DNA of 64,000 bases, from positions 9,945-73,944 of the forward strand of contig CAKRZE010000001.1 of NCBI GenBank assembly GCA_934432725.1, written 5' to 3'. Origin of the DNA: an uncultured Eubacteriales bacterium. GTDB lineage: Bacteria > Bacillota > Clostridia > Oscillospirales > CAG-272. Under the pieces are notes generated by a model. That model saw only the letters and a list, made by a program, of their open reading frames with translations. It did no database searches and was not told where the DNA came from. The translations under genes and the position numbers were made by a program. Positions within the stretch are counted from its first letter, which is position 1; the number at the start of each line of letters is the position of its first letter. Positions 26,880-35,842 of the stretch are shown here, one piece after another.

Positions 26880-27602
26880 ATGGGATACTTGTATGATATT
26901 CATGTGCACTGTTCGGAGAACAGCCATTGCTCCCCCTGCTGCGGCAGGGACATTGCCCGTGCCTATATCAAAGCCGGCTATGCCGGCATTGTGATGACCA
27001 ATCATTTTCTGGGCGGACATCAGACCGATCTTTCATCGATTGACTGGGAAGCGGAGGCAACGAACTTCCTGTCCGGCTACCTTCACGCAAAGGAGGTCGG
27101 CGACAGGGAAGGTCTGGACGTGTTTTTCGGATGGGAGTATAATTATCAGGGGGCGGACCTTCTGACCTACGGGCTTGGACTTGACTGGCTCCTTGCGCAT
27201 CCGGACATGTGCGCATGGGACATCGTGCGGTATTTCAGAGAGGTACATGCAGGGGGTGGCTTCATTTGCCATGCCCATCCGTTCCGGGAGGCGCCGAACA
27301 TCCCGTATATTCAGCTTTTCCCGCAGTATGAGGATGCCGTTGAAGTGTATAACGGCAGTCACCGTCCCGGCGGGGCATATGATCCCGTATTCAACGACCG
27401 CGCTCTGTGGTATGCAGGGCAGTACGGGAAGATCAAGCTTGTCGGCTCGGATACGCACGGAACCGATTCCGAGGGAATGCCGAGCTGCCGCGGCTCTGTT
27501 TGCTTTAATCACAGAATTTCGTCCGTCCGGGAGATGATTGCGCTGTTCCGGAGCCGCTCCTATTCCATCAGCCACAATTGGGACCGGCTGGCGCAGGACT
27601 GA
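26880..27602 (+). CDS. PHP domain-containing protein (histidinol-phosphatase-like metal-dependent phosphoesterase)
   Basis: From ORF 26859..27602, start moved to ATG 26880 after AAGGAGA. MGYLYDIHVHCSENSHC is the PHP motif I (HxH). Further His/Asp motifs are HAHPFRE and GSDTHG. Confidence 0.7.
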   Translation: MGYLYDIHVHCSENSHCSPCCGRDIARAYIKAGYAGIVMTNHFLGGHQTDLSSIDWEAEATNFLSGYLHAKEVGDREGLDVFFGWEYNYQGADLLTYGLGLDWLLAHPDMCAWDIVRYFREVHAGGGFICHAHPFREAPNIPYIQLFPQYEDAVEVYNGSHRPGGAYDPVFNDRALWYAGQYGKIKLVGSDTHGTDSEGMPSCRGSVCFNHRISSVREMIALFRSRSYSISHNWDRLAQD

Positions 27603-27765
27603 TGCCTGACCGTGCAGCGCTCGGAAGGAGAGACCGCCTCGTTACTCTGTGCGCAGAACGGCGAGAGCCGCAAAAACCGCATATACGCTCCGGCATTGAT
27701 CGGAAGGCGGGCGTTCTGTTCCGGCTGAACCGCAGGAACCGGGCACGCCGCAGGAATACTGTGGA

Positions 27766-29082
27766 ATGGAGTTTACTGTGAGAAAATACATTATATTTCT
27801 TGTTGCGTTCTGCATCGGCATGAGCATGCTTGCAATCGGCGCAGGAGCGGAAGAGGCTTCGGTTTCACTGTCAGCCTCCGGCTCCGTTTGCGCGGGTGAT
27901 ACCGTCATGCTTCGGGTTCGTTTGTCCGGCGAGGAAATCAGCGCGTTTGAAGGGGAAATTCTGTATGACCCGGAAAGGCTCAGCTATCAGTACAGCTCGG
28001 ATTCGCCGGCCGGCTGGGAGCTTTCGCTCTCCGCGTCCTACGGCAGCATACGGCTTCTCGGCACGGACCGGACCGGGAAAAATCCGATTTCGGGAGAGGC
28101 GCGCGTGGTCACGCTGGTGTTCCGGGCGCATGATACCCTGCATGACGGGGATGTTATCACCATAAAGTCATCGTCCTTCACGGTCACGGACCGGGAAAAG
28201 GAGCTTCCTTTGTCCGATGCCGAATACCGTGCGGAGATTTCCGGACAGCAGTCCTCCGATGCATGGCTCCGGGAGCTTTCTGTCCGCGGTGTGACGCTTT
28301 CGCCTTCCTTTTCCGCAGATGTTTCGGAGTACCGCGCGCAGGTCCCGTTTTCAACCGAGACTCTGGAAATTTTGTTTTCGGCGGCACCCGGCGCTTCGGT
28401 TTCGGTGTCGGGGGAGAAGCTTTCGGTCGGGGAGAACACCGTAAGAATTCTTGTGACTGCGGAGGACGGGAGCGAACGGCTGTATACTGTGCTTGTGACG
28501 CGCACCGGGAACCCGGAATACACCCCGTCCGGAGATGCCTCCCTGTCCGAAATCAGGCTTTCCTGCGGCACGCTGTCTCCGTCCTTTCGCTGGGATATTG
28601 AGGCATATGTGATCTATCTTCCGTTTGAAGCGGCGGAGCTGTCTGTATCGGGTATTCCGAATCATGCCGCCGCAAGGTGCGCGGATATCGGAAGCACTGC
28701 GCTTTCCGTCGGGGACAATGTGCTGCGGCTGATCTGCACAGCCGAGGACGGCACGGAGCGCATTTATGTGCTGCATGCGGTCAGAATGCCGGCATTCAAT
28801 GGGAATACGGTTGTTTTTCCGGACGGAGAGCAGACCGGAGGCGGAGAGGATACCGCGGCGCAGACCGGTTCCGGGACGGCGTCCGACACTTCTCCGAAAA
28901 GTCCCGATGAAACCGGAACGGACGCGCAGACAGACATGGCAGCTTACGCGATCGCCCTGATCAGAACGCACCGGCTTTTGCTTGCGGGGCTTGCGCTTGC
29001 CGGTATCCCTCTTGTTTTGTGGCTTGTGTTTCTGATCCGCAGACACAGGAAAAAGAAGGGGCATGCCCCTAAGCATGCCTGA
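27766..29082 (+). CDS. surface protein with a cohesin-like N-terminal domain, two cadherin-like beta-sandwich repeats and a C-terminal membrane anchor
   Basis: Signal peptide, then a cohesin-like segment (DTVMLRVRLSGEEISAFEGEILYDPERL). Two ~85-aa repeats follow (L..L.....LSPSF......Y...VP......L........A......G....L..G.N.....V.AEDG.ER.Y). The C-terminus has a TM segment plus RRHRKKKG. Confidence 0.65.
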   Translation: MEFTVRKYIIFLVAFCIGMSMLAIGAGAEEASVSLSASGSVCAGDTVMLRVRLSGEEISAFEGEILYDPERLSYQYSSDSPAGWELSLSASYGSIRLLGTDRTGKNPISGEARVVTLVFRAHDTLHDGDVITIKSSSFTVTDREKELPLSDAEYRAEISGQQSSDAWLRELSVRGVTLSPSFSADVSEYRAQVPFSTETLEILFSAAPGASVSVSGEKLSVGENTVRILVTAEDGSERLYTVLVTRTGNPEYTPSGDASLSEIRLSCGTLSPSFRWDIEAYVIYLPFEAAELSVSGIPNHAAARCADIGSTALSVGDNVLRLICTAEDGTERIYVLHAVRMPAFNGNTVVFPDGEQTGGGEDTAAQTGSGTASDTSPKSPDETGTDAQTDMAAYAIALIRTHRLLLAGLALAGIPLVLWLVFLIRRHRKKKGHAPKHA

Positions 29083-29497
29083 CAGGCGTTTGTGCGGCTT
29101 CCGAATGAAATCTGCCTTCCGGCTGTGCCGGGAGGCTTTCTGTTTCGGGCTGCCGCGCAATCCGCAGACGGGCTTCGTTTTGCGGAATTGATCCCTGAGA
29201 GAGCTTTTTCTGCCCCGGACGGGCTGCGCTTGGCTTGATGCGGCATGATGCCTTTGGGGAGGTATATTTTTCAGGAAGGTCTGTTTTGAGCAGCTCTGCT
29301 GCTTTTTCTTTTTGCAAAGGGGCGTGCCGGATCATGCGCCGGAAAGGAATGACGCTGCCGGTCCCGCTGCTTTTTCGGATTTTTTCGTTTGATACGGCTC
29401 CCTTTGGGGCTTTTTTTGACCGGTTTTCCCGGGGACACGCATTTTCCTCCGGTTTTCTCATAAGATAAAGCATCCAGAGAAACGGAGTGATTGATGT

Positions 29498-30190
29498 ATG
29501 CCGGGAATTTTATCGGCGCTGCTTTTTCGGTTCTTTTATGTATTTTTGAAGGTATCCGGTTCGCATTCCTTTCCGCCGCCGCTCGATCCGGAAAAGGAGG
29601 CGGAGTGCTTTTTGAAAATGAAGGAGGGTGACAAGAAGGCAAGGGCTGTTCTGATCGAACATAATCTCAGGTTGGTGGCGCACATTGTCAAGAAATATTA
29701 CGGCTCCGGCTATACGCAGGAGGATCTGATGTCAATCGGAACGATCGGGCTGATCAAGGCAATCGATTCTTTTCATCCCGAGAACGGCACACGGTTTGCG
29801 ACCTATGCAAGCAAATGTCTGCAAAACGAAATACTGATGTTTTTCCGTTCCCAGAAAAAGCGTCTGGGAGAGGTCTCCGTGCATGAGACCATCGATATCG
29901 ATAAGGATGGAAATCCTTTGACCTACATTGATATTATCAGCTGCGAAGACACCATTGCAGAGGATATTGATCTGAAGATCCGGAGCGCGAAGGCAAAGCG
30001 TCTGATCGGGAGCATTCTGACTCCCAGGGAGCGTCAGATCATCATCCTGCGGTACGGACTCGGACGCGAGCCGCCCGCACCGCAGAGGGAAATTGCGGAA
30101 AAGCTCGGGATATCGCGGTCCTATGTCAGCAGAATTGAGAAGTCGGCGCTTGAAAAGCTGCGTGTCGGGTTGTCCCGACCGGGGTTCTAA
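29498..30190 (+). CDS. sigK: RNA polymerase sporulation sigma factor SigK (pro-sigma-K, uninterrupted)
   Basis: There is a pro-sequence plus ...SFPPPLDPEKE. IEHNLRLVAHIVKKY, SIGTIGLIKAIDSF and GISRSYVSRIEKSALEKL match SigK better than SigE as I recall both. A mother-cell-type -10-like CATAAGATA is at 29459-29467. No intervening (skin-like) element is present. Confidence 0.75.
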   Translation: MPGILSALLFRFFYVFLKVSGSHSFPPPLDPEKEAECFLKMKEGDKKARAVLIEHNLRLVAHIVKKYYGSGYTQEDLMSIGTIGLIKAIDSFHPENGTRFATYASKCLQNEILMFFRSQKKRLGEVSVHETIDIDKDGNPLTYIDIISCEDTIAEDIDLKIRSAKAKRLIGSILTPRERQIIILRYGLGREPPAPQREIAEKLGISRSYVSRIEKSALEKLRVGLSRPGF

Positions 30191-30249
30191 ACGGCGGGGA
30201 CGATGCATAGAATGGCAGCAGAAAATGAGTGCACGGAGGTTGTGTCGCT

Positions 30250-31884
30250 ATGAATATCAAAGACTATGCCCGCTCCGGTGAACCGGAGCGGAAGGAAAAC
30301 GTCGTTTCGGAATTGTTTGCGCAAACGGTTTATGACGAATTGAGCGAGGATTTTATTCTTCCGGATGTGCTTCCGGATGTGAAAAGGCTTCTGACTGTCA
30401 CACCGTCTGTGCTGCTCAGGGAACAGAGCGTGACGGATAAGGGAATTTTGTTCAGCGGGGAGGTCGGCTGCTGCATCCTGTACTGTGCCGATTCGGACCG
30501 CCTGAAAAGCGTCACGTTTCAGGTGCCGTTTTCCCATGAGGAAAGCATCGGCAGCATTGGGGAGGCATCCTGCACGGCATCGGTGATCCCCTATATTGCG
30601 GAGGATACCACAAGACTTCTGAATCCGCGCAAAATCGGAATACGGCTGAAGCTGTGTACGGGCATCCGCGTGTTCGGCAGCGCACCGGTTTCCGTCAATA
30701 TATCGGGCAAGCACAGCGCCGATGACGAGCTGGCGATGGAGCGGGATACCTATACGGCAAAGCGGCTCTGCATTCTTACGGGAGAAAAACAAAATGTCAA
30801 TGTCAGCGAGGACATTGAGCTTGACAGCACAAATCCCTCCATCGGAGAGATTATCGGGTGCAGCCTCAGGATCATTCCCGCCGAGACCAGAGTGATCCAG
30901 GAAAATGCCGAGATTGTGGCGGAGGCGGTTTTCCGCTGCCTGTATGAGTCGGAAAATGGCAATTATTTTGTTGTGGTGAAGAAATTCCAGCTGGAGGAGT
31001 CCGTGGAAATGCCGGAGGCGGAGAACGGCTGCGAATGCCTGACAAGAATGTACTGCGGACCGGTTCGGGTTTCGGCGCAGAACAACAGCTACGGAGAGCG
31101 CAGGATTATTGAACTGGATGCCTCCTTCCATGTTTCCGTTGCCGCTATGAAAAACGAGGAGACCGTTTTGACGCGGGACGTATACTCCACGGAATATGTT
31201 TCGGCAAACACCTATGAAACCAGACGGATTGCCAGCTTTGAGCGGGCATATTCCACCAATTTTTCGGTCAACGCCTCAAGAACCAGGGAGGAATGCTCGG
31301 CAGAGCAGGCAAATGCGATTCTGGACGGAAATACGGAGGCGGTGATTACCGGCATCCGCTATGACCAGGATCGAAAAAAGCTGATTCTGGAGGGTACCGC
31401 CCGCGTCACCGCAATCACCGTTTCGCCGCCGGCAGGCGAAGATGAGGAAATGCAGTACGGACTTTCCGGGTTTCAGGAGCCGTTCCGCTGTGAAATGGAT
31501 GTGCCCGGCTACGGAGATTACTCCGATGCGATCGCCGTCTGCGATGTGATGGCGGCGCGGTACCGTCTGGACAGTACAAAGGTGTATGCGGATGTGGAGA
31601 TCGGCATCCGGCTGCACATGATAGACAATATGCCGCAGACGGTCGTGACCGGAATTGAGCTGGATGCCGAAAAGCCTTACGATACCCAGAAGCTTCCTCC
31701 GGTTACACTGTATTATCCGAGACAGGGCGAAACGTTATGGGAAATTGCAAAACGGTATCATACAACGCGCTATGCCATCTGTCAGGCGAATGGGATTGAG
31801 GAGGGGACTGCACAACCGGATGCACACGTTCTTTTGATCCCGCGCGGCAAGAAGAAGTCTCCGTCCTATTCCAAAATCATATAA
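30250..31884 (+). CDS. DUF3794 (SPOCS) domain protein with C-terminal LysM domain
   Basis: From ORF 30229..31884, start moved to ATG 30250 after GGAGG. The body has repeated beta-rich modules. The C-terminal LysM is VTLYYPRQGETLWEIAKRYHTTRYAICQANGI. Confidence 0.6.
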   Translation: MNIKDYARSGEPERKENVVSELFAQTVYDELSEDFILPDVLPDVKRLLTVTPSVLLREQSVTDKGILFSGEVGCCILYCADSDRLKSVTFQVPFSHEESIGSIGEASCTASVIPYIAEDTTRLLNPRKIGIRLKLCTGIRVFGSAPVSVNISGKHSADDELAMERDTYTAKRLCILTGEKQNVNVSEDIELDSTNPSIGEIIGCSLRIIPAETRVIQENAEIVAEAVFRCLYESENGNYFVVVKKFQLEESVEMPEAENGCECLTRMYCGPVRVSAQNNSYGERRIIELDASFHVSVAAMKNEETVLTRDVYSTEYVSANTYETRRIASFERAYSTNFSVNASRTREECSAEQANAILDGNTEAVITGIRYDQDRKKLILEGTARVTAITVSPPAGEDEEMQYGLSGFQEPFRCEMDVPGYGDYSDAIAVCDVMAARYRLDSTKVYADVEIGIRLHMIDNMPQTVVTGIELDAEKPYDTQKLPPVTLYYPRQGETLWEIAKRYHTTRYAICQANGIEEGTAQPDAHVLLIPRGKKKSPSYSKII

Positions 31885-31893
31885 AATGAAAAA

Positions 31894-31928
31894 GGGGCTG
31901 TTAAAAACGAGCGGTTTTTAACAGCCCC
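31894..31928. terminator. palindromic terminator-like element GGGGCTGTTAAAAAC-loop-GTTTTTAACAGCCCC
   Basis: A perfect 15-bp stem between the convergent 30250..31884 (+) and araC-type (-) genes. The T-run is on the minus-strand side. A second copy is at 40463-40495. Confidence 0.7.
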
Positions 31929-31997
31929 TGAAAGCTGTGGGCGGAATACCGGCGCTTTGATGCAAATGCGGGGCGGCTTTCGGGGGGAAGGCTGCCG

Positions 31998-32825
31998 TTA
32001 TTGTGCAGAATCCGGAAAATCCGGTGTCTTTTCGGCTTTCATCCGGTTCTGATAGGCGCGGGGAGACAAGCCGAAGTGCTTGCGGAATACCTTTGAAAAG
32101 CTGAATATGTCCGGATAGCCGACACTGAAGGCGGTTTCTCCCGGGGTCAGCGAATATCGGATCAGAAATTCCGCTGCCTTTTCCATGCGGTAATCCACAA
32201 TATACTGCTGAGGCGACTTCCCGGTGTACTTTTTGAAAATTGCGCTGAAGTAGCTGCGGTCAATATTGAGCTGCTTTGCCAAAGCCTCCACGCCGAGGGC
32301 GTTCATATAGTTGGTGTGAATGTAGTTCTGTGCCTTGCAGACGTATTCAAAGGTTTTGCCGTGACGCCGGTCATTCGGGCGGTGAAAGAGGGACAGAAGC
32401 TCATAGATTTTTCCGCACAGATAAAAGCACGCTTCCTTTTGCTCCTGCGGCTTGCTTTTGTAGGTGCGCAGAGCTTCGAAAATCTGTGCGCTTTCGGGAA
32501 GCGTGACGATATGCTGATCCTGCAGAAAGGAGAGGCTCAGCGTGCTTGCAAAGCCGAGCCAGCAGTAGTGCCACGGATGCTCCGCATCGGCGCAGTAATA
32601 GGTCAGCTCATACGGATGAATGATGAACATCTGTCCCGCCGCCACGCGTTGTGTCTGCCCGCCGGTCTGAAAGGTCCCCTTTCCGGAGATGACGTAATGG
32701 ATCAGATAGTATTCCCGGATCGCGGGACCGTAGCTGTGCAACGGATCACAGATCTCTTCTCCACACATTATGGGACTGATGTCATTCAGACTTTTGTCCT
32801 CAATCATAAGCTCCGGAAAGCGCAT
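31998..32825 (-). CDS. AraC family transcriptional regulator (cupin sensor plus HTH)
   Basis: N-terminal cupin-like domain (YYLIHYVISGKGTF). The C-terminal AraC HTH is LAKQLNIDRSYFSAIFKKYTGKSPQQYI...FSKVFRKHFGLSPRAY. Confidence 0.88.
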   Translation of the reverse strand: MRFPELMIEDKSLNDISPIMCGEEICDPLHSYGPAIREYYLIHYVISGKGTFQTGGQTQRVAAGQMFIIHPYELTYYCADAEHPWHYCWLGFASTLSLSFLQDQHIVTLPESAQIFEALRTYKSKPQEQKEACFYLCGKIYELLSLFHRPNDRRHGKTFEYVCKAQNYIHTNYMNALGVEALAKQLNIDRSYFSAIFKKYTGKSPQQYIVDYRMEKAAEFLIRYSLTPGETAFSVGYPDIFSFSKVFRKHFGLSPRAYQNRMKAEKTPDFPDSAQ

Positions 32826-33221
32826 AATTTCATTCCTTTCATATTACAGCCAAGCCTTCTGCCGTGCAAAGCAGCCGGCAGGAACCGGGATTTTATCTCT
32901 TGCATAATCTTTGGTATGAAAATGAAGCGGCAAATGTGACTTTCTCTGATTTTTTTGCGGAGGAGACTGCATTTCAAAAATCACGCCGGCATTTCGGATA
33001 AGACGGAGATTCTGTCTGCCCAATGTACGGATCAGATGCAAAATCTCACATTATGACAAAACCAGCACACCTCAGGCTCTTTCAAAATATGCGGAATATG
33101 GTATCATAAAAAACAGAAAAACGGGATGGGAAAGAAACGGTGCGACCGGTTCTGACCCGTAGAACCGGCAGACGGGATGACTCCCTGCCTGCCGTCCGAA
33201 AAACCGACAGGAGGTGTTTTT

Positions 33222-34544
33222 GTGCCGAAGATTACATTTATGGGAGCGGGGAGTACGGTATTTGCCCGCAATGTTTTGGGAGACTGCATGTGCAGCGAGG
33301 TCCTGAACGGGATTGATATTGCTCTGTACGATATCGATGCACAGCGTCTTGAGGAGAGCCGCGTCATTATTGAAGCCATCAACCTTGGAAAGGGAGAAAA
33401 ATGCAGGATCCGGTGCTATCTCGGGGTGGAAAACCGCAAGGAAGCGCTTCGCGGCGCGACGTTTGTGGTCAATGCGATTCAGGTCGGGCTGTATGATCCC
33501 TGCACCATTACGGATTTTGAAATACCGAAAAAATACGGCTTGCGCCAGACGATCGGAGATACGCTCGGGATCGGCGGGATTATGCGCGGATTGCGGACGA
33601 TTCCGGTGGTTGCGGATTTTGCGCGCGATATGGAAGAGGTCTGCCCGGACGCGTGGTTTTTGAACTATGTCAACCCGATGGCGATGGTCTCCGGGTTTAT
33701 GCAGCGGTATACCCCCATCAAAACCGTCGGACTCTGCCACAGCGTGCAGGTGTGCTCCTGGGGACTTCTCAACAGTCTTGGCATGCAGGACAAAATCGAG
33801 GGGCGCCGCGAGCTGATTGCCGGCATCAATCACATGGCTTGGCTGCTTGAGATTTACGACAGGGACGGAAACGACCTGTATCCGGAGATCAAACGGCGCG
33901 CCAAGGAGAAAAATGCGGCAGAGAAGCACTGGGACATGGTGCGGTATGATTACATCGACAAGCTCGGCTATTACTGCACCGAATCAAGCGAGCATAACGC
34001 GGAATACAACATGTTCTATATCAAGAGCAAATATCCGGAGCGGATTGAGCAGTTCAACATTCCGCTGGATGAATATCCGCGCCGCTGCGTCAATCAGATC
34101 GCGGGATGGCAGGCGGAAAAACAGCGCCTGACAGAGAATCCGATTCTGGCGCATGAGCGGAGCGGAGAATATGCATCGTATATTATGGAATCCATTCTGA
34201 CCAATCAGCCCTATAAGATCGGCGGAAACGTACTGAACCGGGGCGGATTGATTGAAAACCTGCCTCAGGACGCCTGCGTTGAGGTGCCGTGCCTCGTGGA
34301 CGGAAGAGGAGTCCATCCGTGCTCTGTCGGAAGGCTGCCCGTTCAGCTTGCCGCCATGAACATGACCAACATCAATGTGCAGCTTCTGACCATTGAGGCT
34401 GCCGTGACCCGGAAAAAGGAGCATATCTATCAGGCAGCCATGCTTGATCCGCACACCGGCAGCGAGCTGACGCCGGATGAAATCGTTCACATGGTGGATG
34501 ATCTTCTTGAGGCGCATCGGGGCTGGCTTCCCGAATACCATTGA
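33222..34544 (+). CDS. melA: alpha-galactosidase, glycoside hydrolase family 4
   Basis: From ORF 33177..34544. The GTG at 33222 lies 8 nt after AGGAGG (33208-33213). Near-colinear similarity to B. subtilis MelA as recalled: KITFMGAGSTVFARNVLGD, GLRQTIGDT.GIGG, WFLNY.NPMA, GLCHSVQ, INHMAWLLE, ESSEHNAEY. Confidence 0.9.
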   Translation: MPKITFMGAGSTVFARNVLGDCMCSEVLNGIDIALYDIDAQRLEESRVIIEAINLGKGEKCRIRCYLGVENRKEALRGATFVVNAIQVGLYDPCTITDFEIPKKYGLRQTIGDTLGIGGIMRGLRTIPVVADFARDMEEVCPDAWFLNYVNPMAMVSGFMQRYTPIKTVGLCHSVQVCSWGLLNSLGMQDKIEGRRELIAGINHMAWLLEIYDRDGNDLYPEIKRRAKEKNAAEKHWDMVRYDYIDKLGYYCTESSEHNAEYNMFYIKSKYPERIEQFNIPLDEYPRRCVNQIAGWQAEKQRLTENPILAHERSGEYASYIMESILTNQPYKIGGNVLNRGGLIENLPQDACVEVPCLVDGRGVHPCSVGRLPVQLAAMNMTNINVQLLTIEAAVTRKKEHIYQAAMLDPHTGSELTPDEIVHMVDDLLEAHRGWLPEYH

Positions 34545-35155
34545 CCGGAAACGGACGCCTTGCTGCGGCGTTCCTCCTTCAGGGTGCTGCGGCGCTTTGG
34601 GCAGAGCGGCTTCCTCCAATCGCAAAGGACGGGAGAAGTCTGTGCATGAGATGATTTCCGGCTGAACGGAAAAGCCTGCTGCCGGGGCTTGGCGGCGGGC
34701 TTTTCGTGCGCCGCCTCTCCCGCATGAAAGCCTTTAGAAGTTTCTTTATGGGGATGCTTCCGTCATGTGTGCCGCACAAACCGGCGGCAGGGACCTATCG
34801 TTAACAGCTGCGGCTGGGGTGAGCTGCCGGAATTGCATTGCGGCAGTCTGACTGACGCTTCGCGGACGGCTTTGAACGGCGGTTTGATAAGGTTTGTAAG
34901 GCTGTCGCTTTGCGGTGTGTCCGGTCAATCGTATTATAACAGCTTTCCCGGATAAAGTCAACAAAGAAGCCGGATCGCATAAGGGGTGAGGAAAGCAGGA
35001 AACCCACTTTGCTTTATTCCGCTGACATTTTGAAGAGTACCCGCTGACGCCTTCGGTGCTGCTGCGGGGCTGACTCACTTTTTGATTGCGCACGGCATGC
35101 ATTTTTGCAGTTTTTCGGAGACGGCGGAAATTCGTCAGTCTGTATGAATTATCTG

Positions 35156-35184
35156 TTGACAAATGCGGGAAAATTTGATATAAT
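35156..35184 (+). promoter_or_regulatory. perfect consensus sigma-A promoter with extended -10
   Basis: TTGACA (35156-35161), 17 nt spacer, TGaTATAAT (-10 at 35179-35184). It lies ~30 nt upstream of GGAGGGG and ATG 35216. Confidence 0.75.
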
Positions 35185-35215
35185 ACAATACAAAGATTGA
35201 AAGGAGGGGTTTTCA

Positions 35216-35449
35216 ATGAAAACAACGAAAATCAGACTTGCTTCTATTCAGGATGTCCGTGATTTTGTTGATATTATGACGACGCAGAATATGGATATTG
35301 ATCTGACTTCCGGTCGTTATACGGTTGATGCAAAATCCATTATGGGAATCTTCTCTCTGGATCTGCTTTCTCCCATCACACTGACTGCGCATTCGGATGA
35401 CTGCGATGAATTGATGAAGAAAATCGACAGATTCATTGTGAAAGAGTAA
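35216..35449 (+). CDS. HPr-family (PTS phosphocarrier-like) protein lacking the His15 phosphorylation site
   Basis: 77 aa. VDAKSIMGIFSLDL...ITLTAHSDDCDELMKKIDRF aligns with HPr VNLKSIMGVMSLG...ITISASGADE. The GIHARP active-site segment is replaced by SIQDVRDF. Confidence 0.65.
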   Translation: MKTTKIRLASIQDVRDFVDIMTTQNMDIDLTSGRYTVDAKSIMGIFSLDLLSPITLTAHSDDCDELMKKIDRFIVKE

Positions 35450-35469
35450 TGACTGCCTATCGATAGAAT

Positions 35470-35511
35470 ACCGGTGCCGCAAATGCTTTTGCGCCCGGTG
35501 TTTTATTTTTT
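35470..35511 (+). terminator. intrinsic terminator after the HPr-like gene
   Basis: An imperfect stem ACCGGTGCCGCAAA-tgc-TTTTGCGCCCGGT is followed by GTTTTATTTTTT. Confidence 0.6.
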
Positions 35512-35842
35512 GGTGATAAAGAATGCGGACATGTATGCCTGACGGTGTACGTGTCCGCTTTTCTGCGGGAGAAGACCGCGCGACGGCATGGGTGGGTGGC
35601 ATAGAAGGCATGTTCTTTGCATATAATTCCGGGAAAGAACTGCATCGGGGCGGTTTTTCGGAAAAGAGGGAAAACCTTTTATGCGGCTGCTCCTTCTCCC
35701 CGCAGCCTGGGCTTTCGGCTTTATCCGACCGCAATTCTGCCGGGAAGGACGGAAGGAAAGGCGTGCTCCGCTTTTTACAGGCACATCCCCGACTCCTCAA
35801 AGAAAGGAAGCTTTTGCAGAGGCGAAAGCCATGGTGGTTTTT

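Noticed and set aside
33072-33221. Upstream extension of melA (ATG 33177) and the antisense ORF 33072..33929.
   Set aside because: MelA homologues begin at M/V-KITF.GAGS. GTG 33222 has an AGGAGG SD. The antisense ORF is a shadow ORF.
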